Positions 38,128 through 47,475 of a stretch of DNA of 64,000 nt are shown here, one piece after another. A program made the translations under genes and the position numbers. Numbering within the stretch: the stretch's first letter is position 1; each line of letters starts with the position of its first letter. The stretch lies in NCBI GenBank assembly GCA_964187785.1, contig OZ076409.1, positions 58,406,001 through 58,470,000 on the forward strand. Reading direction: 5' to 3'. Below the pieces are notes generated by a model that saw only the letters and a program-made list of their open reading frames with translations, was not told the origin of the DNA and did no database searches. Origin of the DNA: Amphiscolops sp. MND2022. Its lineage: Eukaryota.

Positions 38128-41100
38128 TCAATCAAGCTTGTGCTTTACGTGGCTAGGGTGTGCTTTGACTGATGCAATCGACACATACACCCTGTCATGG
38201 AGAACTATGTCAACGTCTGAGTCAATGAAGTGATCTCTCAACATTGAATACCAAGCTGGTAGTATGTTGATTGACCTTTCAGGATCATAGATAGGAAGGT
38301 GAACTCGGGTAATTTGAGCTTGGGCGAGCTTCTGCACCAGATCTGTTAGGCATAGATGTAGCACATCATGTAACATGGGATGTTTGTTGGAGGCTCTTGT
38401 GAATAGTAGAAACATGTCGGTATTCCATGGCGCATCTGGTGATTTGGCGAGGTGTATGGCTTTTCCTACGGCTGGTCGTAGTTTGAAAATCTCTTCTTGG
38501 CCATATTCCCTGATGACGTAACGCGCCATTGCTGAGTATGACAGAAGATCAGCCGGACAGCATATCACCACGGTACCACGTGCTTGCAGTATATCGGTTT
38601 CATCGTAAGATATCCATGGTAGATAGTTCGGCTTGACTTTCGGGTGCGTTGTCAACAGTTTTCCCGTGACGGTGCTTTGATTATCTTGACTTGGTTTGAG
38701 ATGATCTAGAATGGCTTTACGGTCTTGCCACACTGTTCTGCGCAAAGGCCTGTCTCCCAAATTCGTGCAAGACCAATCATGAACTACGGAGAGTGCTTCT
38801 AGCACGGTCACTGGGTTCTCAAACGTATACGTATGTTTGTCCAGCAGGCGTATTTTGGCTTGGCGACAGGAAGTGATAGCTAGTAGCTGTAACCAATGTT
38901 GACTAAGGAATTTCCCGCGATAGATATCTGCTAGATGAAAACAAAGTGTGTCCTCGAACTCTACAAGTGTACGCAAGTTCTCTAAACAAATCAATAGAGT
39001 TCCTGGATTCACTGGTGATGTTTCGTCCAAGGAGGTGACCAATAGCCACCACCCAGCCGTTGGATGATACACATCTCCAGGAGGGGAGGTCACACCATAT
39101 TGTTGCCACAGCTTCTGCGCGGTGATACAGCGTACCATTGCTACTTTCGTGTCTTCTGGCTCTATTTTTCCAAACACCATCGATGGTGGGAGTGGGGGAA
39201 TGATAGCAGCTAACGTAAATTCCAATCCACTCTTGTCGTGGCACGACCACTCCTTGAACCGATAGGTGGGACAGTCTGAGGGTGATGTTCCTTGCATGGC
39301 TCTTAGTGTGGTTTCCAGGGGTGGGACCACATCTGGTCCAATGCTCGAGTACGTCTTTTCTATTGAAATTACAACATGATGTACTTGTGGAACATCCTGG
39401 TCCTTTGCGTGTATGGACCTGATTGTATGTTGTATATGGTCTTCGAATATTTCGGTGTCGGCTAAGTCAAGAGCAGGAGCGTCCACTCCCCGGGCCAATC
39501 GCTTGTCCGGTGTTCTCACTTCAACTAGGTTGACGCAACTACAGTTGCGGGAACCACAGGTTCCACACCTGTATCGTGGTGCTCTGTTACGTCGTAGCTG
39601 ATAAGGTGGGGCTTGTGAAGGGGTTGGTTGCTCCGCTTCTCGTTGCTCTGGCGATATGCTTTCCGCTATGTTGGGTAATGTCATTGCACGTTCCAAAGTT
39701 TGAGACTGAGCTCTGGCTCTTACTCGGCCTCTCGCTCGCGTGTATGGTCTGTGCGCTCTTGTAAGTGTTCTGCTTGATGGAGTGGTACTTCCTCTTCTAC
39801 GACCTGGAGGTCTGCCTCTTGGTCTGCCTCTTCTAGTTGCAGTTCTCCCTGATGAGGGTAACGTTTCCATGCTTTGACCGGGTTCTTGAATTTCTCTGTC
39901 AGTTCCTTCTTGGGGTTCGGCTTCCTCGGCAAGTTCTAGTCTTACCGAGCTACCAGCTCGAGAACTGAACAGTGGAAAATTACTCAATGTATCGGTTAAA
40001 ACCGGGTTCGAAAGCAATGGTGCGGACGTTCCTGACGGCGAAGGTACCAAGCTTGGTGCTGGTTCAGGTAAGACTTCCTCTTGATCGGAATACAGCGGTT
40101 CTAGGTCATCAATATCAGGATGAACCATTGGTTGCTGTGGTTCTTCAATGGGTTGATCCATTGGTTCTCTGTCAGATTCCGACTCAGACGGATATCCAAA
40201 GTGACTGAATCGTTTACGTGGGATTCCTCGTTCCAGAGCGGACTGAGTACGTGTCTGAATCGTGCGCGGTGGGACAGGCGCGGTTGGTTCCATTTCGAAC
40301 GATGCCTCCGGCAGTTGTTCTGGAAGAAATGAGTCTCGTGATATATCTGACGTTATCTCCTCATTGCTTTCTTCCACGTATGGATCTGCGACGATGGCTA
40401 CATTCTGGTCTAACCCGAAGGGTTGATGTGCTGCCCAATCCCATGGCGCTGGCACATGCTTCTTCAGACGCTCAAAATGAACCTTTTGACCTGTATCCAA
40501 AACGTACAATCTTCCATCTTGTAACACATCCGTGACCTTGTGAGGTCCACGCCAGGCACGAAGAAGTTTGCGGGTACCACCCTTGGGAATTATATGGCAG
40601 AAGACCCAAACGGCATCACCCACGGCATGAGCTTTTGCCTTCAAGTGTCTGTCGAACTTCTGTTTTTGACGTACCTGCGCTTGATGAGTATTTCGACGAA
40701 CGAGCTCGTGGATTTCTTGTTGTCTAGCAAGCAGGTGCTCTACGAATTCTTCTTTGGACTCAAACTCTCGCGCTGCGAATTCTGGGTATATAAACGAGAG
40801 CGGAATGGATTTTTCTGCGCCATGTTGAAGCATGTATGGAGAAAATCCGGTTGTCGCATGTCTGGTCGAATTGTAGGCACCCAAGACTCCGTCTACATGC
40901 TCATCCCAGTCAAGCATCCTGCGTGACGTATAGACTCGGAGCAAGGTGAGCAATGTTCGGTTTTGGCGTTCCACTAAACCGTTGCCTCTAGGATGAGCTG
41001 GGGTAGACGTTACCTTGGTTACTTGCGAAGCTTTCATCAATTCTTGAGCAATTTCGGCAGTGAAGTTGGTGGCATTATCTGACTGCATCCTGGCAGGAGT

Positions 41101-44100
41101 GCCATGTCTCGCAAACCATTTGTTCAGGATAATCTTTGCAGTCGTCTGTGCGTCATATTCATCGTGTGCACATGGGATTGCCTCTGCAAACTTGGTAAAA
41201 TGGTCGATGATGACTAGCAATCCATTATTTCCTGACGTTGTCTTGCACAATTTCAAATGGTCAAATTGCACCAGGTCATTAAAATTGCTGCTGTTGATAC
41301 TCTGTAGGGGGTAACAGGGATTCCCAGCGGGATGCTTCGTCTGTTGGCATGTTAAGCAATGCTTGATATGATTGACGACATCACGCTTGATGCCTGGCCA
41401 AGTGTGGCGCTCTTGTATCCTCGCCAATACTTTGCCAACGCCTTGGTGTCCTGATTCGTTATGCGCTCTGTACAAGATTTCATGCTGGTAGAGCTGGGGC
41501 ATGACAATCATACACGGTCGTACGTGCATCGCGCGTTGCTGCGGAATGTAATTGACACATAAAATGTCATTTTGGTTCAAGAACAGTAGGTCTTTTTTCT
41601 GATGAAAGTACCGTTTGGCAAAGTCTTGCACATCCTCGGGGAACAAAGCGTCATCCAATGGCTCGTTCTTCATGAGCTTCTTCAGCGCTAGAAGATGAAC
41701 ATCCCTGTTTTGAGCTAGATGTAGATCCTTCAATCCACGCATTGTCGACTGATGCTCGTGAAGCTCAGTCCCAACTAGCCTAAGGACATCAGCTTGTTCT
41801 TGACACTGCATTGGCAATCTACGCAACGCTGGGTCGCGTTTGGTGGTGTCGAGACGTGCCGCTGGCACTTTGGTTGTTACACTAAGGGTACAATTTGGTC
41901 TGTCGTTTTCGGTTGATGTCGGAGTGTTTTCCCATTGCACTTGTGGATACCACGGTATGGAGCTCAAAGACTGATCTGAGGTTAGATCCTCCTTTGGTGG
42001 CTTCTTTAAAATATACAGCACAGGGAGTTGTGCCCGAGCTTCGGGCGGAAGCTCCGGATGGTTTCGGATGAATTTTCCGTGTTTGTCAATATATGGCACA
42101 GTGGGGAGTTCTTCGTAGTCTTTCTGGGACATGAAGCTGAATCCCTTGCTCACTTCTGGTAGAGCTTCCACAATCTTCTCCCGATGCACGTAGTCATTGG
42201 TCCTTTTGCTAAGACCGTCTGCATTTCTGTGTTGCGTGCGTGGTCTGTGGATCGTCTTGAAGTGATATTGGTCGAGGCGCGCAATCCAGCGTCCAATCAT
42301 GGCCTGATCCATTGAATATGTCTTCAGCCACGAGAGAGCCTGGTTGTCCACGCGCAGCGTGAATTCCCGACCTGCAAGGTAGGAATGAAACTTCTCGATA
42401 AAATAGAATACTGCATACATTTCCAGCTTCGGGGCGCCATAATTCATTTGTGTTCGAGTCAGTGACTTGCTGCCATAAACGATGGGACGAAGAATGGTTT
42501 TCCCATTGTATTGTTGTTCTTGGTGCAGTATGCCGGCTATAGCAAGTGCACTGGCATCTGTGTCCAAAACAAAACGTCCTTCTTCGTTTGGCGCTGCCAA
42601 AGCTGTGGCATCGGCTAATGCCTGTTTCACTGAGTCAAACGCTTCTTGATGTTTTTCTTTCCAGTAGAAGTGTTGGTTCTTCCTTAACAACTCCTGCATA
42701 GGTTGCACCTTAGCAGCGTGAAAAGGAATGAAGTCCCGGTAGTAGTTCGCAAATCCGAGGAAGCTTTGAAGTTCTTCTTTATTTCTCGGGGGCATCCATT
42801 CTTGGATTTTGCTAACAGCTGCCGGGTCTGGTTTTATGCCTTCGGCTGAGACTACCCGTCCGAGGTATTTGGTTTCAGTGCGCATGAAATCACACTTCTC
42901 GGCTCGCATCTTGAAACCTGCCTCTCTGAGGCACTCGAACACTTCTCTGATCCTCTCCAAATGATCTTCAATTGTTTCGGTGGCAATTACTATGTCGTCA
43001 ATGTATGCCATGACAACACTTCCATGGCGTTGTTGAATCTTCTGAAGAGCTCTGGTGATCGATCGCTGAAATGTGGCCGATGCATTGCATAGCCCAAAGG
43101 GCATGCGCCGCCATTCGAACAGGCCAAGTTCACACGCAAACGCGGTTTTTCTGCGATCACGTTTCTTCAGTGGAATCTGCCAAAAGGCCCACGCTAAGTC
43201 GATGCTCGTGAAGATTTTTGCATTCGCGATCCTTGAAAGACTTTCATCAATCCTGGGCAGTGGGAACGCGTCTTTCACTGTTACATCGTTCAGCGGGCGG
43301 AAGTCACAGCAAAAGCGAAGCTCGCCTGATTTCTTTTTCACCATGACAATCCCACTAGCCCACGGCGAGTAAGAGGGTTGAATCAAACCTAGAGCTAACA
43401 AATTCTGCACTTCTTGGTTTGCTTTGGCTGCTTTGTCGGGAGACATGCGCCTTGCCCCTTCTCTGTGTGGTATAGCCTCCGGCTCTAGCTCTATGCGATG
43501 TTTCGCAATTTTGCATCGTCCTATGTCGGATTTATTTTTCATGAACAGGTCATCGTATTCACTCAAAACGCTCGCTAATTTGTCTCTCGCCCCTTCCCCC
43601 CAAGAAGAAAGGACGGAAGAGAGGTCGGGGCCTGGGATCGGCTTCAGCAATAGTGGATCTGTCCTTTTGCGTTTTTCATTTTCCGATAGGCCCATCTCTG
43701 ACGGCTCAGTTGAAGACAAAAAGTTCTGTGCAAAGGAACTAAACTCTGAACTTGTGTCCAAATCTAAGTCTCTGTGCACTTGATTCACAAATTCGGCTGA
43801 AAGCTTCGAAGCTTCACGACTGTCTTGAATGGGAACGGAGTTGAACACAAAATTGGTGAGCACCGCTTTCCCAACTACGGTTTGTTCCTTGATTCTTACC
43901 CCTTCTTTAGCAGTTTGGTTTCTTAGGGCTAAAAAAACTACACCGTCTTCTCCCACGGAAGTAAGTGTATCTTCTGAATCAAACAATGAGTTGGACCTAA
44001 TGCTACATGGGTGCACCATTACGTTACGAAAATGAAACTCGTTGGGCTGCTGCGTTTTGATCTTCGCGCGCACAACTTTTCGTTCGAAAGGCCCTAAAGT

Positions 44101-47100
44101 AACCTCCTCGGCAGAAACAACGAATGATGGCTCTTGGTCACTGACCTCGTGAACTGCTTTGAAGATCCTAGGCGTTTCCGGGTCACGGATGGTTACTTTC
44201 ATGGCAGCCAGGTCCACCAACACGTTGTATGTGCGCAAGAAGTTCCGACCCAGGAGAAAATCCTCTGAACCAATGTGATCGGCTATGACTACAAAGTTGG
44301 TCTTCAGAGTGTGTTCGCCAAGCTGAAAGCTTACGTCTTCGGCTATTCCAACGGTGGTGATGGTCTTGCCATTGGCAGCGAAGAGTTCAAGATCGTACGG
44401 TGACAGGTTCAGTTCATGCTGGGGTGCAATTTTCTTGTACGCGCTCAATGAGAGGATGGAGACTCCCGAACCGGTGTCTATCATGCCGAAGAGTGGTATC
44501 GGCTTTTGCAAAGTAGTTCCGAATGCGACGACTAGCGAGGCTCGCTCATCAATCTGGGCCTCTCCTTGTGCATCCTGCACTCCGATGTTATAACAGCGCA
44601 GTTCTTGCCTGCCCAAGTACAGTCCCTGCGGGAAGTGTCCTTCCAGGACAACAATCGCGTCGAATTTCATGTCGACACCATCAACCGTGATTGCAATGGG
44701 GACTGGCGCGATTGTTTTGACCTTGTGTAGTTGGGCTAGCTTGGTCTCGTCATCTCTAGTAAAATGCGGTAAGGGTCTCGAAGCTATCGTGAGACTGGTA
44801 TTGCGGCAAAGTTCCTCTTTTAGTTGTGCCAACGTGAGGTTTGGACGTGCTTTTTGTTCTGCTGATAATAGCAAGTGGATAGAAATTAAAGTCTCAGAAC
44901 AATCAGGTGCTGGGGCTTCAAGCGTCGTCAAGATTTGTTTTTCACCGCAAGTCACAACCACAGGACGTGAGGGGCCTCCTTCTTCTGAAGTTGAGATCAC
45001 CCGTATTTGATCATCAGTATCAATAATGTCCGCGGAATTCGCGAAAGGGGCGTACCACGCCGCTTTCACTTGTTCTTCTGTTGCTGCATTCCCAGGCACC
45101 ATGCATTCGGATGCAGTGTTGCCCGTGCAATCAAAAGTGACGCGTAGTGTGGGCGGTGCTTGTGCTGGTAGTGCCGCGGGCACAACGTCGTTATTCATGC
45201 CCTGAGAGTTAGAAGGACAAGACCATTCACCAGCTGGGTTTGTTCGACATGAAGTAACTAGTTGAGGCACTGGTTTGTGTGCGCGATCTTTCAAAGTGCA
45301 ATCGGCAACAAAATGTGACGGGTCGCCACAATTGACACACTCTCTAGATGGCTTCGGTGGTTGCTGTCGAACAGCCACTGGCTGTGGAGGTAGCTGCCCA
45401 TTAGGCGCTTGAGCAGCCGCTGCCGGTATCGGGTTTTGGTGGCTAGCAAGTAACGGCTCTTGGTGTTGCTGAGGCGCTGGATAGTTCTCAGAGTGGATGG
45501 GGCCGCGCATATGCAAGTATTGTTGTACCGTGAACCGTAGTGCTTCCACTGTTGGAGGTGTATCCACGTACTGTTCTTGTGCGTACATGAGTGCGAGATT
45601 TCGCTTCAACTCAAAGCTGCGTACCCCTTCAATGAACCTCTGCATGATTTCGTAACGCCTTACAGTAACGTCCTCGTTAGGAAAACCTTGGCTGCGCAAA
45701 CCTTCAAGAGCGTCAAGATATTGCATATAGTCTTCGTTGTCGGACTGATTGCGTGTACGGAACTGCTGTTGTATTTGGAACTTGCTAGATCCGGTTCCAA
45801 ATCGACGCGCTAGTAGCGCAAAGACTTTTTCATCCGTGTCGCGCTCAGCCTCGGATTTGTTCATGATGTAGTCTTGTGCCTCATTCTCTAGGAATTCAAC
45901 GATGGTCCATGCTCTGTCCAGTGGAGTATCCTTTGCGTGTGCTTTCTCCAAATAACGTTTCATGAGCATTAGCCAACCATCTATTATCCCGTCGCGCGTA
46001 CCGCGGTATTTTGTTGGTATATTTTTGGCTTCTTTTGCTGCTAGCAATGGTTCCAAACTTTTGGACATCGCGCTTGTTATTGCTTCGGCTAACGCTTGTC
46101 CATGTATGGTGTTCGGTGTATTGCCTTTTGCAGCCTCTTCTACTGTTTCTGGATTCAAATTTCTTTGATCGCACTTCGTCCCACTATGGCACTGAACTAC
46201 TTCTCTATTGGTGGGTTGCTGAATTGAAGATTCATTAGTGGATGGTACGTTCGCAGGGTTTAGTGCCACCGGCACAGGAGAAGGACGACTTGGTACCGTC
46301 GCCACTACAGCTTTTACCCTTAGGGTCAACTCTTGAACTGTAGTCATGAGGTCCACCATGCGCTTGTCGACATCTATGTCTCTGCGATGCATAGTTTCGG
46401 AAATGAGCGTCAGTCGTTCATCGGCTTGGTGATCTCTTTGCGCCATTATCGCAGTCATTTCCGATATGAGCTTTTCAGTTAAACCCTTGACTGATGCCAT
46501 TGAGGTTTCCATTTTGCCCTGATTGATGTGCCCTTCCATCTTCATTTCAATTACTCCTCTTCTCAGTTCCTCCATTTCTTTCATTAAGACTTCAGCTGGC
46601 TGAGCATGGTCACCATTCTCTTGGACTAAATTGGCTTGGACTTGTTTCAACTGTGCTAAGCTCCGTCCCAAGTCTTCCCTGGTGGCTTCAGTTTCCTTGA
46701 TGCAGCCAGTGATGGTCGAGCTTGGGGACGCTATGCTATCTGAGCCTGAATATTGGGAAATTGCCGTCCCTCCTAGTTGGAAGGTACTAGGGCCTAGCAG
46801 AGGTGATGTGGTTAAGGTATAGTTCTGGAAGTTCACCTCTTTTATTGTCTCCCGCTTTCCCAGCTGGTTTCCTAGAGGAGTACTTGCGGTGTCAGCAACA
46901 GCGTTCCTACTAGCAGCAAACACAGGAACTCCGGAACCCAGCGGGTCCACATCCAGACTCACTTGTGGTGTAATCTCTCCAAAGGCCGTGCCTGCATTCA
47001 TGTTCTCTACCCATTTGCTGATGTCCGAGCTAGTAGCTTGTTCTCCATTCGAATTTGGCCAATCTCCCCAATCAATCGCAGAGTTATTCATGGGAGGCCA

Positions 47101-47475
47101 GACGTTACTACAGTTCATGGCAGTGCCATTTACAAAGTTAGCGCTATCGGAAGATGCCCGAGAGGAGTTTAGTTGGCTGAAGTATGCCATTTGCGAGTTT
47201 TGATCAGCGATGGACACATTATCCGACATGACGTCGTATAAAAACATGTTTGCAATCATGTCATCCGCTGCTATCTCAGCACGTGCACTAAGCCTAGACA
47301 ACTTCTCTACATCGCTTGCAAATGGATTCGTAGCGTGGAAGCCACTAGACTGCCTGTTCGACTCATTCAAAGACTTCAGATACTCAATCTCGCCTGATTT
47401 CACGCTCGATGGACTGCTCTGACTACTGTTTCCTCTGGTGACCCAGCTTTTGAACAGGGCTTTGGCTTTTTTCAT
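38128..47475 (-). CDS. gag-pol: Gag-Pol polyprotein, 3115 aa: N-terminal extension, capsid, CCHC, degenerate + active protease, RT, RNase H, integrase, AT-hook and two macrodomain-like repeats
   Basis: CVNCGDPSHFVADC; IDTGSG; YIDD; DTDAS; HNESGH..CLTC; FDH/SDN/VER; GPHKV; RRGRPRGRP; C-terminal TARG1-like pattern. Confidence 0.97.
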   Translation of the reverse strand: MKKAKALFKSWVTRGNSSQSSPSSVKSGEIEYLKSLNESNRQSSGFHATNPFASDVEKLSRLSARAEIAADDMIANMFLYDVMSDNVSIADQNSQMAYFSQLNSSRASSDSANFVNGTAMNCSNVWPPMNNSAIDWGDWPNSNGEQATSSDISKWVENMNAGTAFGEITPQVSLDVDPLGSGVPVFAASRNAVADTASTPLGNQLGKRETIKEVNFQNYTLTTSPLLGPSTFQLGGTAISQYSGSDSIASPSSTITGCIKETEATREDLGRSLAQLKQVQANLVQENGDHAQPAEVLMKEMEELRRGVIEMKMEGHINQGKMETSMASVKGLTEKLISEMTAIMAQRDHQADERLTLISETMHRRDIDVDKRMVDLMTTVQELTLRVKAVVATVPSRPSPVPVALNPANVPSTNESSIQQPTNREVVQCHSGTKCDQRNLNPETVEEAAKGNTPNTIHGQALAEAITSAMSKSLEPLLAAKEAKNIPTKYRGTRDGIIDGWLMLMKRYLEKAHAKDTPLDRAWTIVEFLENEAQDYIMNKSEAERDTDEKVFALLARRFGTGSSKFQIQQQFRTRNQSDNEDYMQYLDALEGLRSQGFPNEDVTVRRYEIMQRFIEGVRSFELKRNLALMYAQEQYVDTPPTVEALRFTVQQYLHMRGPIHSENYPAPQQHQEPLLASHQNPIPAAAAQAPNGQLPPQPVAVRQQPPKPSRECVNCGDPSHFVADCTLKDRAHKPVPQLVTSCRTNPAGEWSCPSNSQGMNNDVVPAALPAQAPPTLRVTFDCTGNTASECMVPGNAATEEQVKAAWYAPFANSADIIDTDDQIRVISTSEEGGPSRPVVVTCGEKQILTTLEAPAPDCSETLISIHLLLSAEQKARPNLTLAQLKEELCRNTSLTIASRPLPHFTRDDETKLAQLHKVKTIAPVPIAITVDGVDMKFDAIVVLEGHFPQGLYLGRQELRCYNIGVQDAQGEAQIDERASLVVAFGTTLQKPIPLFGMIDTGSGVSILSLSAYKKIAPQHELNLSPYDLELFAANGKTITTVGIAEDVSFQLGEHTLKTNFVVIADHIGSEDFLLGRNFLRTYNVLVDLAAMKVTIRDPETPRIFKAVHEVSDQEPSFVVSAEEVTLGPFERKVVRAKIKTQQPNEFHFRNVMVHPCSIRSNSLFDSEDTLTSVGEDGVVFLALRNQTAKEGVRIKEQTVVGKAVLTNFVFNSVPIQDSREASKLSAEFVNQVHRDLDLDTSSEFSSFAQNFLSSTEPSEMGLSENEKRKRTDPLLLKPIPGPDLSSVLSSWGEGARDKLASVLSEYDDLFMKNKSDIGRCKIAKHRIELEPEAIPHREGARRMSPDKAAKANQEVQNLLALGLIQPSYSPWASGIVMVKKKSGELRFCCDFRPLNDVTVKDAFPLPRIDESLSRIANAKIFTSIDLAWAFWQIPLKKRDRRKTAFACELGLFEWRRMPFGLCNASATFQRSITRALQKIQQRHGSVVMAYIDDIVIATETIEDHLERIREVFECLREAGFKMRAEKCDFMRTETKYLGRVVSAEGIKPDPAAVSKIQEWMPPRNKEELQSFLGFANYYRDFIPFHAAKVQPMQELLRKNQHFYWKEKHQEAFDSVKQALADATALAAPNEEGRFVLDTDASALAIAGILHQEQQYNGKTILRPIVYGSKSLTRTQMNYGAPKLEMYAVFYFIEKFHSYLAGREFTLRVDNQALSWLKTYSMDQAMIGRWIARLDQYHFKTIHRPRTQHRNADGLSKRTNDYVHREKIVEALPEVSKGFSFMSQKDYEELPTVPYIDKHGKFIRNHPELPPEARAQLPVLYILKKPPKEDLTSDQSLSSIPWYPQVQWENTPTSTENDRPNCTLSVTTKVPAARLDTTKRDPALRRLPMQCQEQADVLRLVGTELHEHQSTMRGLKDLHLAQNRDVHLLALKKLMKNEPLDDALFPEDVQDFAKRYFHQKKDLLFLNQNDILCVNYIPQQRAMHVRPCMIVMPQLYQHEILYRAHNESGHQGVGKVLARIQERHTWPGIKRDVVNHIKHCLTCQQTKHPAGNPCYPLQSINSSNFNDLVQFDHLKLCKTTSGNNGLLVIIDHFTKFAEAIPCAHDEYDAQTTAKIILNKWFARHGTPARMQSDNATNFTAEIAQELMKASQVTKVTSTPAHPRGNGLVERQNRTLLTLLRVYTSRRMLDWDEHVDGVLGAYNSTRHATTGFSPYMLQHGAEKSIPLSFIYPEFAAREFESKEEFVEHLLARQQEIHELVRRNTHQAQVRQKQKFDRHLKAKAHAVGDAVWVFCHIIPKGGTRKLLRAWRGPHKVTDVLQDGRLYVLDTGQKVHFERLKKHVPAPWDWAAHQPFGLDQNVAIVADPYVEESNEEITSDISRDSFLPEQLPEASFEMEPTAPVPPRTIQTRTQSALERGIPRKRFSHFGYPSESESDREPMDQPIEEPQQPMVHPDIDDLEPLYSDQEEVLPEPAPSLVPSPSGTSAPLLSNPVLTDTLSNFPLFSSRAGSSVRLELAEEAEPQEGTDREIQEPGQSMETLPSSGRTATRRGRPRGRPPGRRRGSTTPSSRTLTRAHRPYTRARGRVRARAQSQTLERAMTLPNIAESISPEQREAEQPTPSQAPPYQLRRNRAPRYRCGTCGSRNCSCVNLVEVRTPDKRLARGVDAPALDLADTEIFEDHIQHTIRSIHAKDQDVPQVHHVVISIEKTYSSIGPDVVPPLETTLRAMQGTSPSDCPTYRFKEWSCHDKSGLEFTLAAIIPPLPPSMVFGKIEPEDTKVAMVRCITAQKLWQQYGVTSPPGDVYHPTAGWWLLVTSLDETSPVNPGTLLICLENLRTLVEFEDTLCFHLADIYRGKFLSQHWLQLLAITSCRQAKIRLLDKHTYTFENPVTVLEALSVVHDWSCTNLGDRPLRRTVWQDRKAILDHLKPSQDNQSTVTGKLLTTHPKVKPNYLPWISYDETDILQARGTVVICCPADLLSYSAMARYVIREYGQEEIFKLRPAVGKAIHLAKSPDAPWNTDMFLLFTRASNKHPMLHDVLHLCLTDLVQKLAQAQITRVHLPIYDPERSINILPAWYSMLRDHFIDSDVDIVLHDRVYVSIASVKAHPSHVKHKLD

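Noticed and set aside
43850..44150. dUTPase between PR and RT (also at 57640-57890)
   Set aside because: Only a degenerate beta-rich spacer common in Gypsy pol; the dUTPase catalytic motifs are absent.
39413..47422. Many + strand ORFs overlapping the 3115-aa gene
   Set aside because: Shadow ORFs of a long coding sequence.
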